Assembly (NCBI GenBank): GCA_036498945.1
Contig: DASYEQ010000116.1
Span: 38,641-102,640, forward strand
DNA: 64,000 nt
Direction: 5' to 3'
From: Burkholderiales bacterium
GTDB taxonomy: Bacteria > Pseudomonadota > Gammaproteobacteria > Burkholderiales > JAEUOS01
Shown here: positions 62,872-64,000 of the stretch, piece by piece
Layout of the letters: every line of letters starts with the position of its first letter
How positions within the stretch are numbered: position 1 is the stretch's first letter
Position numbers and translations under genes: made by a program
Notes under the pieces: generated by a model
Told to the model about the DNA's origin: nothing
The model's database searches: none
What the model saw: the letters and a program-made list of their open reading frames with translations, nothing else

Positions 62872-64000
62872 GGATTAAAAGCCCTTGATTCGTAACTGAT
62901 TCAGGGGCTTTTGCCTTTCTGGAGTCGCGTGATCCCTTGGTTTTGGTACACCAAGTGGGTACACTGTGCTATCAATTGCTCAAAAAAGCAGCAGGGCAAA
63001 ATTCCTGCGCCGCCGCCTTCACATGGCCTTGCCATTCGCCGGTCCGACCGGGATATACCAGCTTCGTCGTAAGGTGCCTGAAGAGCTTCACGCAGCCCTT
63101 GGAAGAGGGGAATACAAGCGCTCTTTGAAGACTCGCGACCCAGCGGAGGCAAAGCGCCGCTTCGCCGAGGAGTGGGAGAAGTCCGAGCAGGCGTTCGCGC
63201 TGGCGAGAGCGCAACTGGAAGGCGCCCAGGTGCTCACGGAGCGCGACATCCAACAACTGGCGGCACGATGGTTTCGGGCTGAATTTGAACGCTTGGAGCG
63301 ATCCGGGGAATTTGCCCAAGAGTTGGTGCCCGGCACCACATGGGGCTACGAATCGCCCGAGGGTGACTACACAGAGGGTCAAGAGTTGTGGACCATCCGC
63401 CAAGCCATCGCACTAGGCGAGGAGTGGGATTGGAATGAAATGGCCGCTGAGAACGCCAGAGCGGTTCTACGCGAACATGGAATCCCTTTTCCCAAGCCCG
63501 CGTCCTCCACTTTCAACGGCTTGATCCGCGCCTTTAGGACGCAACTGGAAGACCTCACTGAAATCGCCCTGAAAAGGCATCAGGGAAATTGGGCGGCGCA
63601 GCCAGACGTTATGCCGCACGGCGAACTCTCATTCGCCAAAAAGGTTTCACCGAGCAAGGGTAAGTCCCTGCTGGATTTATTCGAATCCTACGAGAGCGAG
63701 AAGATTCTCAATGATGGAAACGGCAGGGACGTCAAGAAGACCCTTACAACCTATCGCGCCATCATAGAGCGCTTCATCGAGCTTTCCGGTATCTCGCAAA
63801 TCAATGATCTCACCCGAGCAAGCATCGGGGAATTCCGAACTAAGCTGGCGAAGATGCCCGTAAAGGGCAATGGCATTCGCAGCATGTCGGCAGCGGAGAT
63901 GATCGCCGAAGCTGAAGCGAAAGGCCTTCCTACCCTCAGCGCGGCTACGATTAAGAACCAGCTTCGTGCTTTGTCGGCAGTGGTAGGGCATGGCGTACGT
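62872..64000 (+). mobile_element. 5' end of a putative integrative genomic island inserted 3' of tRNA-Phe; GC drops, and the element runs off the window
   Basis: Integrase gene starts 150 bp downstream of the tRNA; base composition shifts at about 62872. Confidence 0.55.
63023..64000 (+). CDS. phage-type tyrosine integrase with a DUF6538-like N-terminal domain; partial, open at the window end
   Basis: I translated it by hand (it is not in the ORF track because there is no stop): MALPFAGPTGIYQLRRKVPEELHAALGRGEYKRSLKTRDPAEAKRRFAEEW... is the typical N-terminus of tRNA-associated island integrases; no stop through 64000. Confidence 0.7.
   Translation, partial: MALPFAGPTGIYQLRRKVPEELHAALGRGEYKRSLKTRDPAEAKRRFAEEWEKSEQAFALARAQLEGAQVLTERDIQQLAARWFRAEFERLERSGEFAQELVPGTTWGYESPEGDYTEGQELWTIRQAIALGEEWDWNEMAAENARAVLREHGIPFPKPASSTFNGLIRAFRTQLEDLTEIALKRHQGNWAAQPDVMPHGELSFAKKVSPSKGKSLLDLFESYESEKILNDGNGRDVKKTLTTYRAIIERFIELSGISQINDLTRASIGEFRTKLAKMPVKGNGIRSMSAAEMIAEAEAKGLPTLSAATIKNQLRALSAVVGHGVR

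Overview
This is a 64 kb, high-GC (about 68%) chromosomal segment that looks betaproteobacterial (Burkholderiales-type) from its gene content and codon usage. It is mostly housekeeping genes: ilvA; a methyl-cycle cluster ahcY-(small membrane protein)-metF plus metK; lpxL/lpxL2; dapF-DUF484-xerC-rlmI; cca; ttcA; slt; a COG0523 GTPase with dksA; and tRNA-Phe. I call about 64 features. Things worth a second look, roughly in order of interest: (1) a 1679-aa low-complexity coiled-coil, C-tail-anchored protein next to a class-III nucleotidyl cyclase-FHA fusion and a flotillin/bacterial-PH-domain operon; (2) a 1.4 kb cassette of two hypothetical genes, the second with clearly foreign codon usage; (3) three tandem paralogs of a 4-TM protein with a conserved SPYAPP(R)A/SAV N-terminus, interleaved with a family of three tiny His/Tyr-rich lipoproteins (two are below the ORF-track size cut-off), one of them with a hairpin over its RBS; (4) two tandem paralogous TPR plus GT9-like glycosyltransferase genes; (5) a degenerate standalone cyclase-homology protein convergent with an orphan histidine kinase; (6) a family of 19-bp-stem REP-like palindromic elements, including an apparent hybrid copy; (7) a 24-30 bp long-range inverted repeat enclosing about 95 bp upstream of dapF; (8) an SAH-riboswitch-like leader on ahcY; and (9) a phage-type integrase immediately 3' of tRNA-Phe where GC drops, so an integrative island probably begins there and runs off the window. 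I found no CRISPR array, no rRNA and no recognised named defence system.
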